Part shown: piece by piece, positions 1 to 10,278 of the stretch | Position numbering within the stretch: the stretch's first letter is position 1 | How the letters are laid out: each line of letters begins with the position of its first letter | IMG/VR virus record: IMGVR_UViG_3300043418_000120 | Location: 96,001-160,000 of that record | Direction: 5' to 3' (one strand) | From: a virus | Length of the DNA: 64,000 bases | Notes under the pieces: model-generated | Databases searched by the model: none | Seen by the model: only the letters and a program-made list of their open reading frames with translations | Told to the model about the DNA's origin: nothing | Made by a program: the position numbers and the translations under genes

Positions 1-823
1 ACTTACAACTTCGTCAGCAGTAAACCCTACACTTACACTTACTACCAACGCCTTCATCATCAAAGGTACTGGTGGTAACTCTACCAACGGCATCATCCGT
101 ATCCAAGGTAACTCGTCTAGCTTGCCAACTCTGTTGTTGAGCAACGGCTCAGGTACTAAGTTTACGCTTGGCGTTGGTGACTTGTCTTCAGTTGGTGGCA
201 CTTCGTTGTCATTGGTTGAAACATGGAACAGCACTACTCAGATCCACACTTCAGTGGACCTACAGATTACTAACACATCATCTAACGCAGCGGCACGTGT
301 CTTGAGCGTTAAGGTCGGCGGAACTCAAGTTGCTTCGATTGACGTTGGTGGTAACATGTGGTGCCAGACACAGTATCCTAAGTTCGCTTCATTGGGCTTC
401 GTTGGTACTTACAACGGTATTACTACTGCGATTAACTCTATCTCTGTTGCTGCTAACACTGACTTGTCTTCAAGCCAATTGTCTAGCACTTCGTTGGTAT
501 ACTTGAACCAGTCAGGCGCTGCTTCTTATAACATCACATTGCCTTCATTGGCTTCTGATGACTCAGCATCTGGTAAGATCTTTACCTTCGTTATCAACCA
601 AACTACCGCCAACTCACAATCGTTGTACGCTATCAACTCTGCTGAACAAGGTACCTTGTTCTTCAAGTATCGTACTGCTGCTGTTGCTGGTAAGTACATG
701 ATGCAATTTGCATGGTTGAAGATTGATGGCACAGGTCGTTGGTATCCAGTAACTGGTTGCCCATACGCAGCTACTACTGTTACAACTCCACCAACACAAG
801 GTATCCAACTACACAACGCCTAA
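1..823 (+). CDS. C-terminal part of tail fibre/virion structural protein (5'-truncated by window)
   Basis: Frame is open from base 2 to the stop at 823; Ser/Thr/Gly-rich beta-type composition. Confidence 0.5.
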   Translation, partial: LTTSSAVNPTLTLTTNAFIIKGTGGNSTNGIIRIQGNSSSLPTLLLSNGSGTKFTLGVGDLSSVGGTSLSLVETWNSTTQIHTSVDLQITNTSSNAAARVLSVKVGGTQVASIDVGGNMWCQTQYPKFASLGFVGTYNGITTAINSISVAANTDLSSSQLSSTSLVYLNQSGAASYNITLPSLASDDSASGKIFTFVINQTTANSQSLYAINSAEQGTLFFKYRTAAVAGKYMMQFAWLKIDGTGRWYPVTGCPYAATTVTTPPTQGIQLHNA

Positions 824-1194
824 TGTTTAAGAGTGAAGCTGAATTTCTACAGTATGCAATGCATAATTATGACAATCCTCAATGTTCTACCGTAACGGAG
901 TTCGAAGAGGATTTGAAAAAATTCTTGTATCTGAAGAAATTATTTACGCGATACAAAAAGAACGATGAGTTGAAGGAGCGATTAATCCTCAACCACCTCA
1001 TCGTTCTCTTCAATCTTTTTGGCGATCATGCAAATGATATGCTGTTCTATAAGATTGACCCAAGCGATTGGGGCGTACTAGCTACATTTTTAGTTTACAT
1101 TGAGCGTTTGCCAGAACAAATTCCAGGTTCGTCAGTTAAGGCTACGGACTTGGTCTTAGATGAACGAGTAATTACAGAGTTAAGGAAAATCTGA
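823..1194 (+). CDS. Conserved T4-like phage hypothetical protein
   Basis: ATG at 823 (MFKSEAEFLQYAMHNYDNPQC...LKERLILNHLIVLFNLFG), coupled to upstream stop. Confidence 0.75.
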   Translation: MFKSEAEFLQYAMHNYDNPQCSTVTEFEEDLKKFLYLKKLFTRYKKNDELKERLILNHLIVLFNLFGDHANDMLFYKIDPSDWGVLATFLVYIERLPEQIPGSSVKATDLVLDERVITELRKI

Positions 1195-1703
1195 TGTCCC
1201 AAATTGTTGACAATCTGATTGCGTTTAAAATACTTCACATGTTGGTAACACCATTTGAAGAGACAGATGCATTCAAACTTGGCGTCATCGATAAGGCTGG
1301 CCATCCGAGAATGAAGATCAAAGATATGAACCAAGACCAGCGTGACGTCTATACGATGCTTCACCGTCTAGTGTTCCGTCTTAAAATGATCATGGCAAAG
1401 ATTCCAATTATCAACACGAAGTTGGGAACACTAGCAGCAGCATACTTTCTAGTGAGAGAATGCTACGACAATAAGCGAACTGCAACAAACCTTGAAGAAG
1501 ACTTTGTTGACTTGTTGCGCAAGATTCAAATGGAAGATGTAACTCTAGTTGATGAGTACATTCTTGCTGAGAGATATTTTACAGAAGACATGCCAGCCAA
1601 CGTAACAGGCGTGGGTGTTAAGACTGACGAGCCGATCATTCGTAAACGTAATGTGAAGCAGATTCAAGCACTGGCTCGAAGAGCTAAACCAGCAGGTATG
1701 TGA
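1194..1703 (+). CDS. Conserved T4-like hypothetical protein
   Basis: ORF coupled to neighbours; LVTPFEETDAFKLGVIDKAG motif familiar from T4-like phages. Confidence 0.7.
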   Translation: MSQIVDNLIAFKILHMLVTPFEETDAFKLGVIDKAGHPRMKIKDMNQDQRDVYTMLHRLVFRLKMIMAKIPIINTKLGTLAAAYFLVRECYDNKRTATNLEEDFVDLLRKIQMEDVTLVDEYILAERYFTEDMPANVTGVGVKTDEPIIRKRNVKQIQALARRAKPAGM

Positions 1704-2293
1704 TGTGGGTTCTTGACTTTTTACCATTCTGGGTGTTCCACCTGATCGTCCTTGCGGGCATCGGTGGAATTATCACATCAATGGCGCTAAAGTTTATCCC
1801 ATTTGTGTCGACCTATAGAATGCCAATTCAAATTGCTGCTATCGCAGCTCTGGTGTTTGGTGTTTACATGGAAGGTGGTATCTCGAACCAAGAGAAGTGG
1901 GAAGCAAAGGTTGCTGAAGCCAAACTCGAGATCGCCAAGAAAGACGCTGAGTCTGCCAATGCCTCTGTCCAAATTGTTACTAAATACATTGACAGAGTAA
2001 CAGTCGTTAAGGAGACAGGTGATGCTATCATCAAAGAAATTCCAAAGTACATTTCGCAAGCTGACGATGCTCAGTGTCGTGTGCCTAATGGTTTCGTCTT
2101 GCTCCACGACAGTGCCAGTCGCAACGAAATTCCCGACACCACCAGAGGCTCTAATGAAGGAGCCTCCGAAGTTAAACTCTCTGAAGTCGCATTAACTGTA
2201 TCAGAAAATTATACACAGTACTACCAAGTGAGCGAACAATTGAAGTCTTTGCAAGACTGGGTGCGTTCTCAGCTAACCATTTACAATAAATAA
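1700..2293 (+). CDS. Membrane-anchored coiled-coil protein, Rz/spanin-like
   Basis: N-terminal TM helices followed by a coiled coil and a CRVPNGFVLLHD segment. Confidence 0.5.
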   Translation: MMWVLDFLPFWVFHLIVLAGIGGIITSMALKFIPFVSTYRMPIQIAAIAALVFGVYMEGGISNQEKWEAKVAEAKLEIAKKDAESANASVQIVTKYIDRVTVVKETGDAIIKEIPKYISQADDAQCRVPNGFVLLHDSASRNEIPDTTRGSNEGASEVKLSEVALTVSENYTQYYQVSEQLKSLQDWVRSQLTIYNK

Positions 2294-2304
2294 GAATAAC
2301 AACT

Positions 2305-2625
2305 ATGGACTTAGAAAGAATCGCTAAATTGGAAGCTCAAGTAGAAGGTATCAAGGAGGATGTTGCGGACGTTAAGTCTGACATCAAAGACCTCCACTCT
2401 CGTATTACAACGGGTAATCGTGAGATTATGGACAAGTTCGAAGAGAAAATCAACGAACTAGCCAAATCTGACAAGGAGCAGCACGAGGCATTGAAGAAGT
2501 CTATGGAGACTGTGCGAGAGCGTGTCGATGTACTTGAACGCTGGCGTTGGATGATTGTCGGTGGAGCCATTGTTATCGGCTACTTAATCGGTCACCTCGA
2601 GTTCTTCAAGAAGATTGCTGGTTAA
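2305..2625 (+). CDS. Coiled-coil protein with C-terminal TM helix (XhlA/holin-like)
   Basis: Heptad repeats then WRWMIVGGAIVIGYLIG. Confidence 0.5.
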   Translation: MDLERIAKLEAQVEGIKEDVADVKSDIKDLHSRITTGNREIMDKFEEKINELAKSDKEQHEALKKSMETVRERVDVLERWRWMIVGGAIVIGYLIGHLEFFKKIAG

Positions 2626-2708
2626 GACTATTCAGAAACCCAACACTGTTATTATACAAGTGTAACGAATTACTGTCAACTATATCTCCGAAAGGCAAGC
2701 ATAAAAAC

Positions 2709-2737
2709 TTGCCTTTTTTCACATCTTAGGGTATACT
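2709..2737 (+). promoter_or_regulatory. sigma70-type promoter
   Basis: TTGCCT-N17-TATACT upstream of primase. Confidence 0.6.
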
Positions 2738-2744
2738 TACTCCT

Positions 2745-3764
2745 ATGTTATACGTTGATCTCAAATTCATATCCCAACTTTCCACTCGGCTTCGAAACTT
2801 CAAGCATACGGGCACATACACCTTCAACTTCTCTTGTCCCTTCTGTGGCGACTCGAAGAAGAACAAGCTAAAGGCGCGTGGCTATGTCTATCAGAAGAAG
2901 ACCGACCTCTTCTACAAGTGCCATAACTGTGGCGTAGGCGCCAACGCTGGTAACCTAATCAAACATGTCGACGATTATCTTTATCGCCAATATGTCCTAG
3001 AGCGTTACCAAGGAGGGGCTGACAAGCACAATTCACATAACAAAGTCTCGTATCCAGAGACAAAACCAGTATTTACAGAGCTAAAAGACTCACTTCTAGA
3101 TGGGCTTCGTAGGATTGATACCTTACCCCTTGACCATCCTGCTAGAAAGTATGTGGAATCGCGTTTAATTCCCAAGGACCAAATGGAGCTACTTTATTAT
3201 TGTCCGAAGTGGAAAAAGTTCGTCAATCAGCATAAATACACTTACACTTCAGAAGAAGAGGGTGAACACCCAAGGCTGGTGATTCCATTCTGCAATGAAC
3301 ATGGTAAAGTGTTTGCGTTTCAGGGCAGAGCCTTCGGCGACGAGGCTCCAAGATATATGACCATCAAGCTAGATGAGATGGAACGAATCTTTGGTCTTGA
3401 GCGTGTTAACTTTTCCCAAAAGGTGTATGCTGTCGAAGGTCCACTGGACAGTCTGTTCTTACCCAATTCAATTGCTGTAGCTGGCTCATCGTTTACTGGA
3501 CCGTATCTCAAAGGTCTTGCCAGCAAGTTGGTGGTTGTGTTTGATAACGAACCGCGCAACAAAGATTTATGTAAGCAGATTGGTAAGTGTATCGAAGAAG
3601 GATATACAGTTTCCTTGATGCCAGAGACAGGATACAAAGATATTAACGACTTGGTGAAAGCTGGGTGGTCAGTTGACAAGATCCTTACCTTGATCGACGA
3701 CAATACGGTGAGTGGTCTTGAAGCGACTGCTCGGTTTAACCAATGGAAGAAAATAGGAGCCTAA
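2745..3764 (+). CDS. gp61: DNA primase (T4 gp61-like)
   Basis: Zn ribbon CPFCGDS...CHNC; TOPRIM VEGPLDS, FDNEPRN, KDIND. Confidence 0.95.
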   Translation: MLYVDLKFISQLSTRLRNFKHTGTYTFNFSCPFCGDSKKNKLKARGYVYQKKTDLFYKCHNCGVGANAGNLIKHVDDYLYRQYVLERYQGGADKHNSHNKVSYPETKPVFTELKDSLLDGLRRIDTLPLDHPARKYVESRLIPKDQMELLYYCPKWKKFVNQHKYTYTSEEEGEHPRLVIPFCNEHGKVFAFQGRAFGDEAPRYMTIKLDEMERIFGLERVNFSQKVYAVEGPLDSLFLPNSIAVAGSSFTGPYLKGLASKLVVVFDNEPRNKDLCKQIGKCIEEGYTVSLMPETGYKDINDLVKAGWSVDKILTLIDDNTVSGLEATARFNQWKKIGA

Positions 3765-3765
3765 T

Positions 3766-3906
3766 ATGAGCGACGGTGGTAAAGGCGACAAGCGTCGACC
3801 AGAAGACCAAAAACAATGGGACAACGGATACGATCGTATCTGGGGTAACAAAAAGAAACAAGATGAACAGAAACCAATTGAAAGCGAACAACAAAATGCA
3901 AGTTAA
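3766..3906 (+). CDS. Small hypothetical protein (MSDGGKGDKRRPED...)
   Basis: 46-aa ORF with AGGAG RBS, absent from the ORF track. Confidence 0.65.
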   Translation: MSDGGKGDKRRPEDQKQWDNGYDRIWGNKKKQDEQKPIESEQQNAS

Positions 3907-4552
3907 ACTAATCTCCTTCTCTCAATCAGCACACGAAGCCGCGCACGACATGACCGAACTTGTTTCGTATTGCGCTCGCGTGAGCAACCCAAGCAACCAA
4001 TCGAATATGGAAACAAGCGAGAAGTTGATCAAGTACTTGATTAAGAATCAACACTGGTCGCCGCTCGAAATGGTAAACGTGTGTCTGGAGATTACAACAA
4101 CTCGTGATATCGCTCGACAGATTTTGCGTCATCGTTCATTCTCATTCCAAGAGTTTAGCCAGCGCTACGCTGATCCAACTAAAGACTTAGATTTCGTGAT
4201 TCGCGAAGCTCGCCTACAAGACACAAAGAACCGCCAGAACAGTATCGAAACTTCTGACGCTGAGCTGAATGTTTGGTGGGACGCCAAGCAGAAATTCATC
4301 ATCGATCACGTTAAGGCTATCTACGCCGAAGCTATCGAGAAGGGTATTGCTAAAGAACAAGCTCGTGCTATTCTGCCAGAAGGTAATACTGTGTCGCGTC
4401 TATACATGAACGGTACTGTTCGTAGCTGGATCCACTATATACAGTTACGCTCAGCGAATGGTACACAAAAAGAACACATGGACATCGCTAGAGTCTGCGC
4501 TCAAGTCATCGCAGAAGTCTTCCCACTGTCTGCGGAGTTCGTACAACAATAA
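3896..4552 (+). CDS. thyX: Flavin-dependent thymidylate synthase
   Basis: RHRSFSFQEFSQRY ThyX motif; start at MQVKLISFS. Confidence 0.95.
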   Translation: MQVKLISFSQSAHEAAHDMTELVSYCARVSNPSNQSNMETSEKLIKYLIKNQHWSPLEMVNVCLEITTTRDIARQILRHRSFSFQEFSQRYADPTKDLDFVIREARLQDTKNRQNSIETSDAELNVWWDAKQKFIIDHVKAIYAEAIEKGIAKEQARAILPEGNTVSRLYMNGTVRSWIHYIQLRSANGTQKEHMDIARVCAQVIAEVFPLSAEFVQQ

Positions 4553-4566
4553 CAGGATAACAATAA

Positions 4567-6351
4567 ATGAACAACATCGTATTAAATTACGAGAGAGATG
4601 CTCTCTTTGACGCATTAGGTATTAAGCGTCTTCAAGAGAGCTATATGAAGGAGGACGAAACGTCCCCTCAACAACGCTTTGCTTACGTCTCTTCAATGTT
4701 CGCGACCGACGACGCTCATGCGCAGCGTCTCTATGAACATAGTAGCAAACATTGGCTCTCTTACTCAACACCGATTCTCTCGTTCGGTCGAAGCAAACGT
4801 GGAATGCCTATCTCTTGTTTCCTCAACTATATCGAGGACACAGCTGAAGGTTTGGTAGAGAACTACAGCGAAACCAGCTGGTTGTCTATGATGGGTGGTG
4901 GTGTTGGTATCGGCTTCGGTATCCGTTCAGCCAGCGACAAGTCAACAGGTGTTATGCCTCACTTGAAGACATATGATGCATCGTCTCTTGCTTACAAGCA
5001 AGGTAGCACTCGTCGCGGTTCTTATGCAGCTTATCTAAGTATTGATCATCCTGATATTATCGCATTCCTTGAGATGCGTAAGCCAACAGGCGATCAGAAC
5101 ATGCGTTGTTTGAATCTACACCACGCTATCAATATTCCTGACACATTCATGGAGTTGGTTGAGAAGTGTATGATTGACCCTGATGCTGATGACAGCTGGA
5201 ATTTGGTTGACCCTGCTTCTCATGAAGTTCGTGAAGTTGTTTCTGCTCGCCACCTATGGCAACAGATTCTTGAACTTCGCATGATGACTGGCGAACCATA
5301 CCTACACTTTGTCACAACAAGTAACAAAATGTTACCTCAGTGGTTGAAAGACTTGGGTCTTGTTGTTCACCAATCTAACCTTTGCTCTGAGATTATTCTA
5401 CCAACAAACGAAAAGCGTACTGCTGTTTGTTGCTTGTCTTCATTGAACTTAGAATACTACGACGAGTGGAAGAACGATCCTACTTTCCTACGCGATGTAG
5501 CGGAAATGCTTGACAACGTTCTTCAGTACTTTATTGACAACGCACCTGACACAATCTCTCGCGCTAAGTTCTCCGCTCTGCGTGAACGAAGCATTGGTGT
5601 TGGAGCTCTCGGCTGGCATGCATTCTTACAAAAGAATAACATCCCATGGGAATCCGCAATGGCTGTGGGTCGTAACAAACAAATTTTTAAACACATCAGA
5701 GAGGGTCTTGATCGTGCGAACATGGAACTTGGATCTCTACGAGGCGAAGCGCCTGATGCAAAAGGTACTGGTTACCGCTTTAGTCATCTTATGGCTATCG
5801 CTCCCAATGCTTCTTCTTCCATTCTCATGGGCAATACTTCTCCTAGCGTTGAACCTTTCCGTGCCAATGCTTATCGCCAAGATACTCTATCAGGCTCTTC
5901 GCTAGCAAAGAACAAGTGGCTTGATGTGATCATCAAAGCCGAAGTTGAAAAACATAAGGATGGTTGGTATGAAGAAACATGGTCAAGTATCATTGCGAAT
6001 GATGGTTCAGTACAACATCTGGAATGGATGGACGACTGGACTAAAGACGTATTCAAAACAAGTATGGAGATCGATCAGCGTTGGGTCGTTCAACACGCAG
6101 CCGACCGCCAAGTGTACATTGATCAAGCCCAATCTATCAATCTATTCTTCCGACCTGATGCGCACATTAAATATATCCACGCAGTACACTTTCAAGCATG
6201 GAAATCTGGCTTGAAGACTTTGTACTACTGCCGTTCTGAGAAGATTGGTAAGGCTGATAAAGTGTCGAAGCGTATTGAACGCGAAGTGATGAAAGAAATT
6301 GACTTGCGTGCTCTCGCTGAGGGTGATGCTTGTATTGCTTGCGAGGGTTGA
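4567..6351 (+). CDS. nrdA: Ribonucleotide reductase class I alpha subunit (no ATP cone)
   Basis: SCF, QSNLCSEI, APNASSS, TLYY, C-terminal CIACEG. Confidence 0.95.
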   Translation: MNNIVLNYERDALFDALGIKRLQESYMKEDETSPQQRFAYVSSMFATDDAHAQRLYEHSSKHWLSYSTPILSFGRSKRGMPISCFLNYIEDTAEGLVENYSETSWLSMMGGGVGIGFGIRSASDKSTGVMPHLKTYDASSLAYKQGSTRRGSYAAYLSIDHPDIIAFLEMRKPTGDQNMRCLNLHHAINIPDTFMELVEKCMIDPDADDSWNLVDPASHEVREVVSARHLWQQILELRMMTGEPYLHFVTTSNKMLPQWLKDLGLVVHQSNLCSEIILPTNEKRTAVCCLSSLNLEYYDEWKNDPTFLRDVAEMLDNVLQYFIDNAPDTISRAKFSALRERSIGVGALGWHAFLQKNNIPWESAMAVGRNKQIFKHIREGLDRANMELGSLRGEAPDAKGTGYRFSHLMAIAPNASSSILMGNTSPSVEPFRANAYRQDTLSGSSLAKNKWLDVIIKAEVEKHKDGWYEETWSSIIANDGSVQHLEWMDDWTKDVFKTSMEIDQRWVVQHAADRQVYIDQAQSINLFFRPDAHIKYIHAVHFQAWKSGLKTLYYCRSEKIGKADKVSKRIEREVMKEIDLRALAEGDACIACEG

Positions 6352-6352
6352 C

Positions 6353-6544
6353 ATGGACGCGTATGATATCTCTGGAAAAATGAAGAGTATCTGGATGGAC
6401 CACTGTGAGAAAAACAGTGGGTCCAACACCCGAATCGGTACGATGGCAGTTGTGATTGACACACCTGAGGGATACCGAGAAGTTGTTGGAGTACGATACA
6501 ACAAAGAAATTAAAGCGATCGAGTTAATCATCGACAAGGAATAA
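6353..6544 (+). CDS. Hypothetical protein between nrdA and nrdB
   Basis: ORF MDAYDISGK... fills the gap. Confidence 0.6.
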   Translation: MDAYDISGKMKSIWMDHCEKNSGSNTRIGTMAVVIDTPEGYREVVGVRYNKEIKAIELIIDKE

Positions 6545-6546
6545 AA

Positions 6547-7545
6547 ATGATAAAAAAAGTAAAATCGAAACTGACCGACGAACGCACCTACTTCAAACCG
6601 TTCAATTACCCATGGGCTTACGAAGCATGGTTGAAGCATGAACAATCGCATTGGCTTCATACTGAAGTGCCATTGGCTGAAGACATCAAAGACTGGAAGA
6701 AGAAACTATCAAATGAAGAAAAGCAATTCCTTACTAACATTTTTAGATTCTTTACTCAAGGTGACATTGATGTTGCTGGTGGTTACGTTAATAATTACCT
6801 GCCCTATTTTCCTCAGCCCGAAATTCGCATGATGTTGTTGGGCTTTGCTGCTCGCGAGGCTCTTCATATTGCTGCTTACTCTCACTTGATTGAGTCCTTG
6901 GGTATGCCCGAGTCGACTTACTCAGAATTCCTAGAGTACGCTGAGATGAAAGAGAAGCATGATTACGTGCTTGATATTTCTAGCAACAACACTACGAAGG
7001 AAAACACTGCCAAGCATATCGCTGTATTCTCAGCGTTCACTGAAGGTATGCAGTTGTTCTCTTCATTCATCATGTTGTTGAATTTCCCACGCCACGGTAA
7101 GATGAAGGGTATGGGACAAATCGTTACTTGGTCGATCGTTGATGAAACCCAACACACTGAGAACATGATTCGTCTGTTCAAAGAATACATTCGTGAGAAT
7201 CCAGAAATCTGGAACGACGAGTTGAAGGGTGAGCTATATACTATCGCCGAGAACATGGTCAGACTAGAAGATAAATTCATTGACCTGTCGTTCGGTATGG
7301 GTGAGATGGACGAATTGACTGCTGCTGATGTTAAACAATACATTCGCTACATTGCTGATCGTCGTCTTATCTCTCTGGGTTTGAAGGGCATCTTCAAAGT
7401 TAAAAAGAATCCATTACCATGGGTTGAAGAAATGATCAACGCACCTACTCACACGAACTTCTTTGAAAATCGTGCGACTGATTATGCCAAGGGTGCGTTG
7501 TCTGGAACATGGGATGACGTATGGGGAAAGCATCATGGCAACTAA
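6547..7545 (+). CDS. nrdB: Ribonucleotide reductase beta subunit
   Basis: FFTQGDIDV, REALHIAAYS, FTEGMQLFSSF, DETQH, NFFE. Confidence 0.95.
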   Translation: MIKKVKSKLTDERTYFKPFNYPWAYEAWLKHEQSHWLHTEVPLAEDIKDWKKKLSNEEKQFLTNIFRFFTQGDIDVAGGYVNNYLPYFPQPEIRMMLLGFAAREALHIAAYSHLIESLGMPESTYSEFLEYAEMKEKHDYVLDISSNNTTKENTAKHIAVFSAFTEGMQLFSSFIMLLNFPRHGKMKGMGQIVTWSIVDETQHTENMIRLFKEYIRENPEIWNDELKGELYTIAENMVRLEDKFIDLSFGMGEMDELTAADVKQYIRYIADRRLISLGLKGIFKVKKNPLPWVEEMINAPTHTNFFENRATDYAKGALSGTWDDVWGKHHGN

Positions 7546-7687
7546 ACATTTCGACTGTGACGCCTGTGGCGCTCACGGAAAGATTACCTTCAAAGAGGGT
7601 GAATACACAACAAGCGATGTTGTCTACTGCCCTTTCTGTAGTGCCGATATTTATGAAGAAGAGTTAGAGGACGAAGAACTTGAGTGA
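7535..7687 (+). CDS. Small Zn-ribbon protein
   Basis: CDAC...CPFC with acidic tail. Confidence 0.7.
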   Translation: MATKHFDCDACGAHGKITFKEGEYTTSDVVYCPFCSADIYEEELEDEELE

Positions 7688-8135
7688 CACTTGGATCGTT
7701 GACAAAGTTGATCGGAATGGCGAGAAAGTATCTCTCGTCTATTCTAACAGTATCGGTGGTGGACCTGTAGTTCCGTTCTTTCTTAAGAACTACGCCGAGC
7801 TGATGGAAAACGGTCATGCTCACAATTTCATTATGGGCACTAACAAGAGCAAGGCTATCTATGCTGTCATTGATGGTAAGGTCGCTGGGCATATCATTTT
7901 TGATATTCTTGACGATGCTATCAAGACAGCTTGGATTGTCTTCAGCTGCGTTGACAAAGATTATCGTCATCGTGGTCTATATACTATGATGCACGAGGAG
8001 CTAGAGAACCAAGCTAAGAAGATGGGTTCTTCTAAAATTGCTAGCCACGTGCATGTAAACAATAACACAAGACAGGCAAGCTGCATTTCCGTTGGCATGA
8101 TGCCAGTCTTTTATAGAATGGAGAAAGAGTTATAA
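7680..8135 (+). CDS. GNAT-family acetyltransferase
   Basis: Motif A VDKDYRHRGLY; motif B VHVNN. Confidence 0.75.
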   Translation: MSDTWIVDKVDRNGEKVSLVYSNSIGGGPVVPFFLKNYAELMENGHAHNFIMGTNKSKAIYAVIDGKVAGHIIFDILDDAIKTAWIVFSCVDKDYRHRGLYTMMHEELENQAKKMGSSKIASHVHVNNNTRQASCISVGMMPVFYRMEKEL

Positions 8136-9232
8136 TGATTCCAAAGTATGAATACACCGAGAACAATCATTTCAAATGGGGCTTCGGTGATGAATGGTAT
8201 AATGAACCCGATCGCCTAAAACAATACAAACTCTCCCTCGGGCATGTTACCCGCAAGGTGGGGACATTTCGTGAAGAGTGTATTCACGCAGCTAAACTAA
8301 TCGGCGAGAAGGCAACCAAGCCTATCCTAGTTGGTCTCAGTGGTGGTAATGACAGCCAAGTTGTTTGTCTTGCGTTGAGAGAAGCTGGTGTTCCATTCAG
8401 CGTCATTATCGTTAAGACATTTGATGAGTTCTGGAATCCCGTCAACGAAGAGGACAACCAAGTCGCCTATGAGTTCTGTAAGAAGTATGATATTGAGTAC
8501 ATCGATTACAGTATCAACTTAGATTACTACTACCGCGACGAAGCACTTGACTACGCGGACAAGTATGGATTCTCTCAACATCACACTATCGTTCAATGTG
8601 CTGTTATGGATTATGTTTGTGATCGTTACTACTACATCATGGCTGGTGGCGACATCGTGTTCTCACCATATGTGAATATCATTACTCCAGAACTCGATCA
8701 ACCAAAGTTGCCAGGAACAGTTATTCCTGATAGAATCACAAAGTCTGTCTGGTGGCAAACACCACAACCAATCATGCAGTTGATGGTTGATAAAGGCTAT
8801 GAAGGTACAAGCAAGTTTTATCTGTACACACCAGAGTTGATTGCTTCTTACTTACAGCATCCAGTTACTACTCAGTATCTAGAGAATGAGGATGTGATTC
8901 TTCAAGCGTTCACTCGATGGTTCCCTCGACCAAAAGATATGTGGTGGCGTTGTTTCCACATGTTGTACAAGCCTATGATGATCAAGCAGGAATTCCCTGA
9001 GGTGATTCAATCTCTAAAGAGAACTGGCTTCGAGAAGATCGAAACATTGAAGGCTCCGCAAGGTCCAAGAACAGTGGTTGGTGAGTATATTAAGTTACTT
9101 CGCGATGCAGCTAAAGGTAAGTGTGGTGGTCAAGTTATCGCAACGCCAATTGCTGATTTGATTAGATACATCAACACACCACATACTGAAGAAGATTGTT
9201 TGAAATCTACACCATTGAATTTTAATGTATGA
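8135..9232 (+). CDS. PP-loop (adenine nucleotide alpha-hydrolase) protein
   Basis: ILVGLSGGNDS PP-loop; later MAGGD. Confidence 0.65.
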   Translation: MIPKYEYTENNHFKWGFGDEWYNEPDRLKQYKLSLGHVTRKVGTFREECIHAAKLIGEKATKPILVGLSGGNDSQVVCLALREAGVPFSVIIVKTFDEFWNPVNEEDNQVAYEFCKKYDIEYIDYSINLDYYYRDEALDYADKYGFSQHHTIVQCAVMDYVCDRYYYIMAGGDIVFSPYVNIITPELDQPKLPGTVIPDRITKSVWWQTPQPIMQLMVDKGYEGTSKFYLYTPELIASYLQHPVTTQYLENEDVILQAFTRWFPRPKDMWWRCFHMLYKPMMIKQEFPEVIQSLKRTGFEKIETLKAPQGPRTVVGEYIKLLRDAAKGKCGGQVIATPIADLIRYINTPHTEEDCLKSTPLNFNV

Positions 9233-10278
9233 AGCAATACGTATGGTTGAACTGGTCTAACATAGACTACAAGAAACATCCATATCGTAATAGTTACAAA
9301 AGTCTACAGGGTTCTTTCGAGTTCCCTGTAGATCGCTTTGGGATTACGAAAGGTGCTCTTGAGATTCCTTGTGTAAACATGGTGAAGGATCCTGTATACA
9401 ACTTGAACAATATCACCAAAGACTTCAAGGACAGATACTATGATGCCTTCGCTATCGCAGCTGACAACGTATACTCTACAGTTGGATGCCGTACTATTCA
9501 TGTTCTATACAGCGGTGGTATTGACAGCATCTGTGTGTTGGCTGCTCTTCAGCGCCATAAGGATTACGATCGTCTCGTTGCTGAGGGTCGTTTCAAAATC
9601 TCGATGACGACTGCTAGTATCGAGGAATGCCCAAGCATCTTCTACAATAGAATCCTTGGTAATGTGCCAATTCAGGTTCTTAACTACACAACTCTAATGT
9701 GCGACAAGGATGCCTTGTTAGTTACTGGTGATATGGGCGACCACATCATTGGATCAAGCGACATCCTGGGGATTGTTGGGTATTCTGACTATGATAGTTC
9801 TCAGCCTTGGAACACTCTTATCCCGCACATCGTCAAAGAACCAAGCAGTAATCTGTACATGGATATGCTGATGATTGCTAAGAAGAACGCACCGTTTGAT
9901 ATTGTATCTGCCAATCAACTTATCTGGTGGGCGAATCAGTGTTATGCTTTTCAAGACGACTTGGTCAAGCCATGGTATTGGTCACGTTACCAAGATTATG
10001 CTGAACTTGCTACTCAAAGAAAGGTGTTCCGCTTCTTCTACGATGATGCGTTTGTTTCATTCACGCATGAGTATATGTCAACAAACCCAAAGTACAAGAA
10101 CTACCATGAGTGTAAGGAATGGGCAAGAAGTTACGCAGTTAATCACTTCAAGATAGATTCTATTCTCAGTAAAGAGAAGGTGTTCAGCCAACGCCTAACC
10201 TTGAGACTGGCAGAGAAGTCACAAATTTACATGGATGATGGACTTATCCGTGGTGGGAATTATAATGAAACCGTATAG
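9229..10278 (+). CDS. PP-loop / asparagine-synthase-like protein
   Basis: VLYSGGIDS and LVTGDMGDHIIG (AsnB-like TGxGxD) motifs. Confidence 0.65.
   Translation: MKQYVWLNWSNIDYKKHPYRNSYKSLQGSFEFPVDRFGITKGALEIPCVNMVKDPVYNLNNITKDFKDRYYDAFAIAADNVYSTVGCRTIHVLYSGGIDSICVLAALQRHKDYDRLVAEGRFKISMTTASIEECPSIFYNRILGNVPIQVLNYTTLMCDKDALLVTGDMGDHIIGSSDILGIVGYSDYDSSQPWNTLIPHIVKEPSSNLYMDMLMIAKKNAPFDIVSANQLIWWANQCYAFQDDLVKPWYWSRYQDYAELATQRKVFRFFYDDAFVSFTHEYMSTNPKYKNYHECKEWARSYAVNHFKIDSILSKEKVFSQRLTLRLAEKSQIYMDDGLIRGGNYNETV

Noticed and set aside
3776-3895. N-terminal extension of ThyX in the ORF track
   Set aside because: Region is better explained by the 3766-3906 ORF with its own RBS; ThyX homology starts at 3896
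3896-7545. Introns or inteins in thyX/nrdA/nrdB
   Set aside because: All three ORFs are continuous and of normal length
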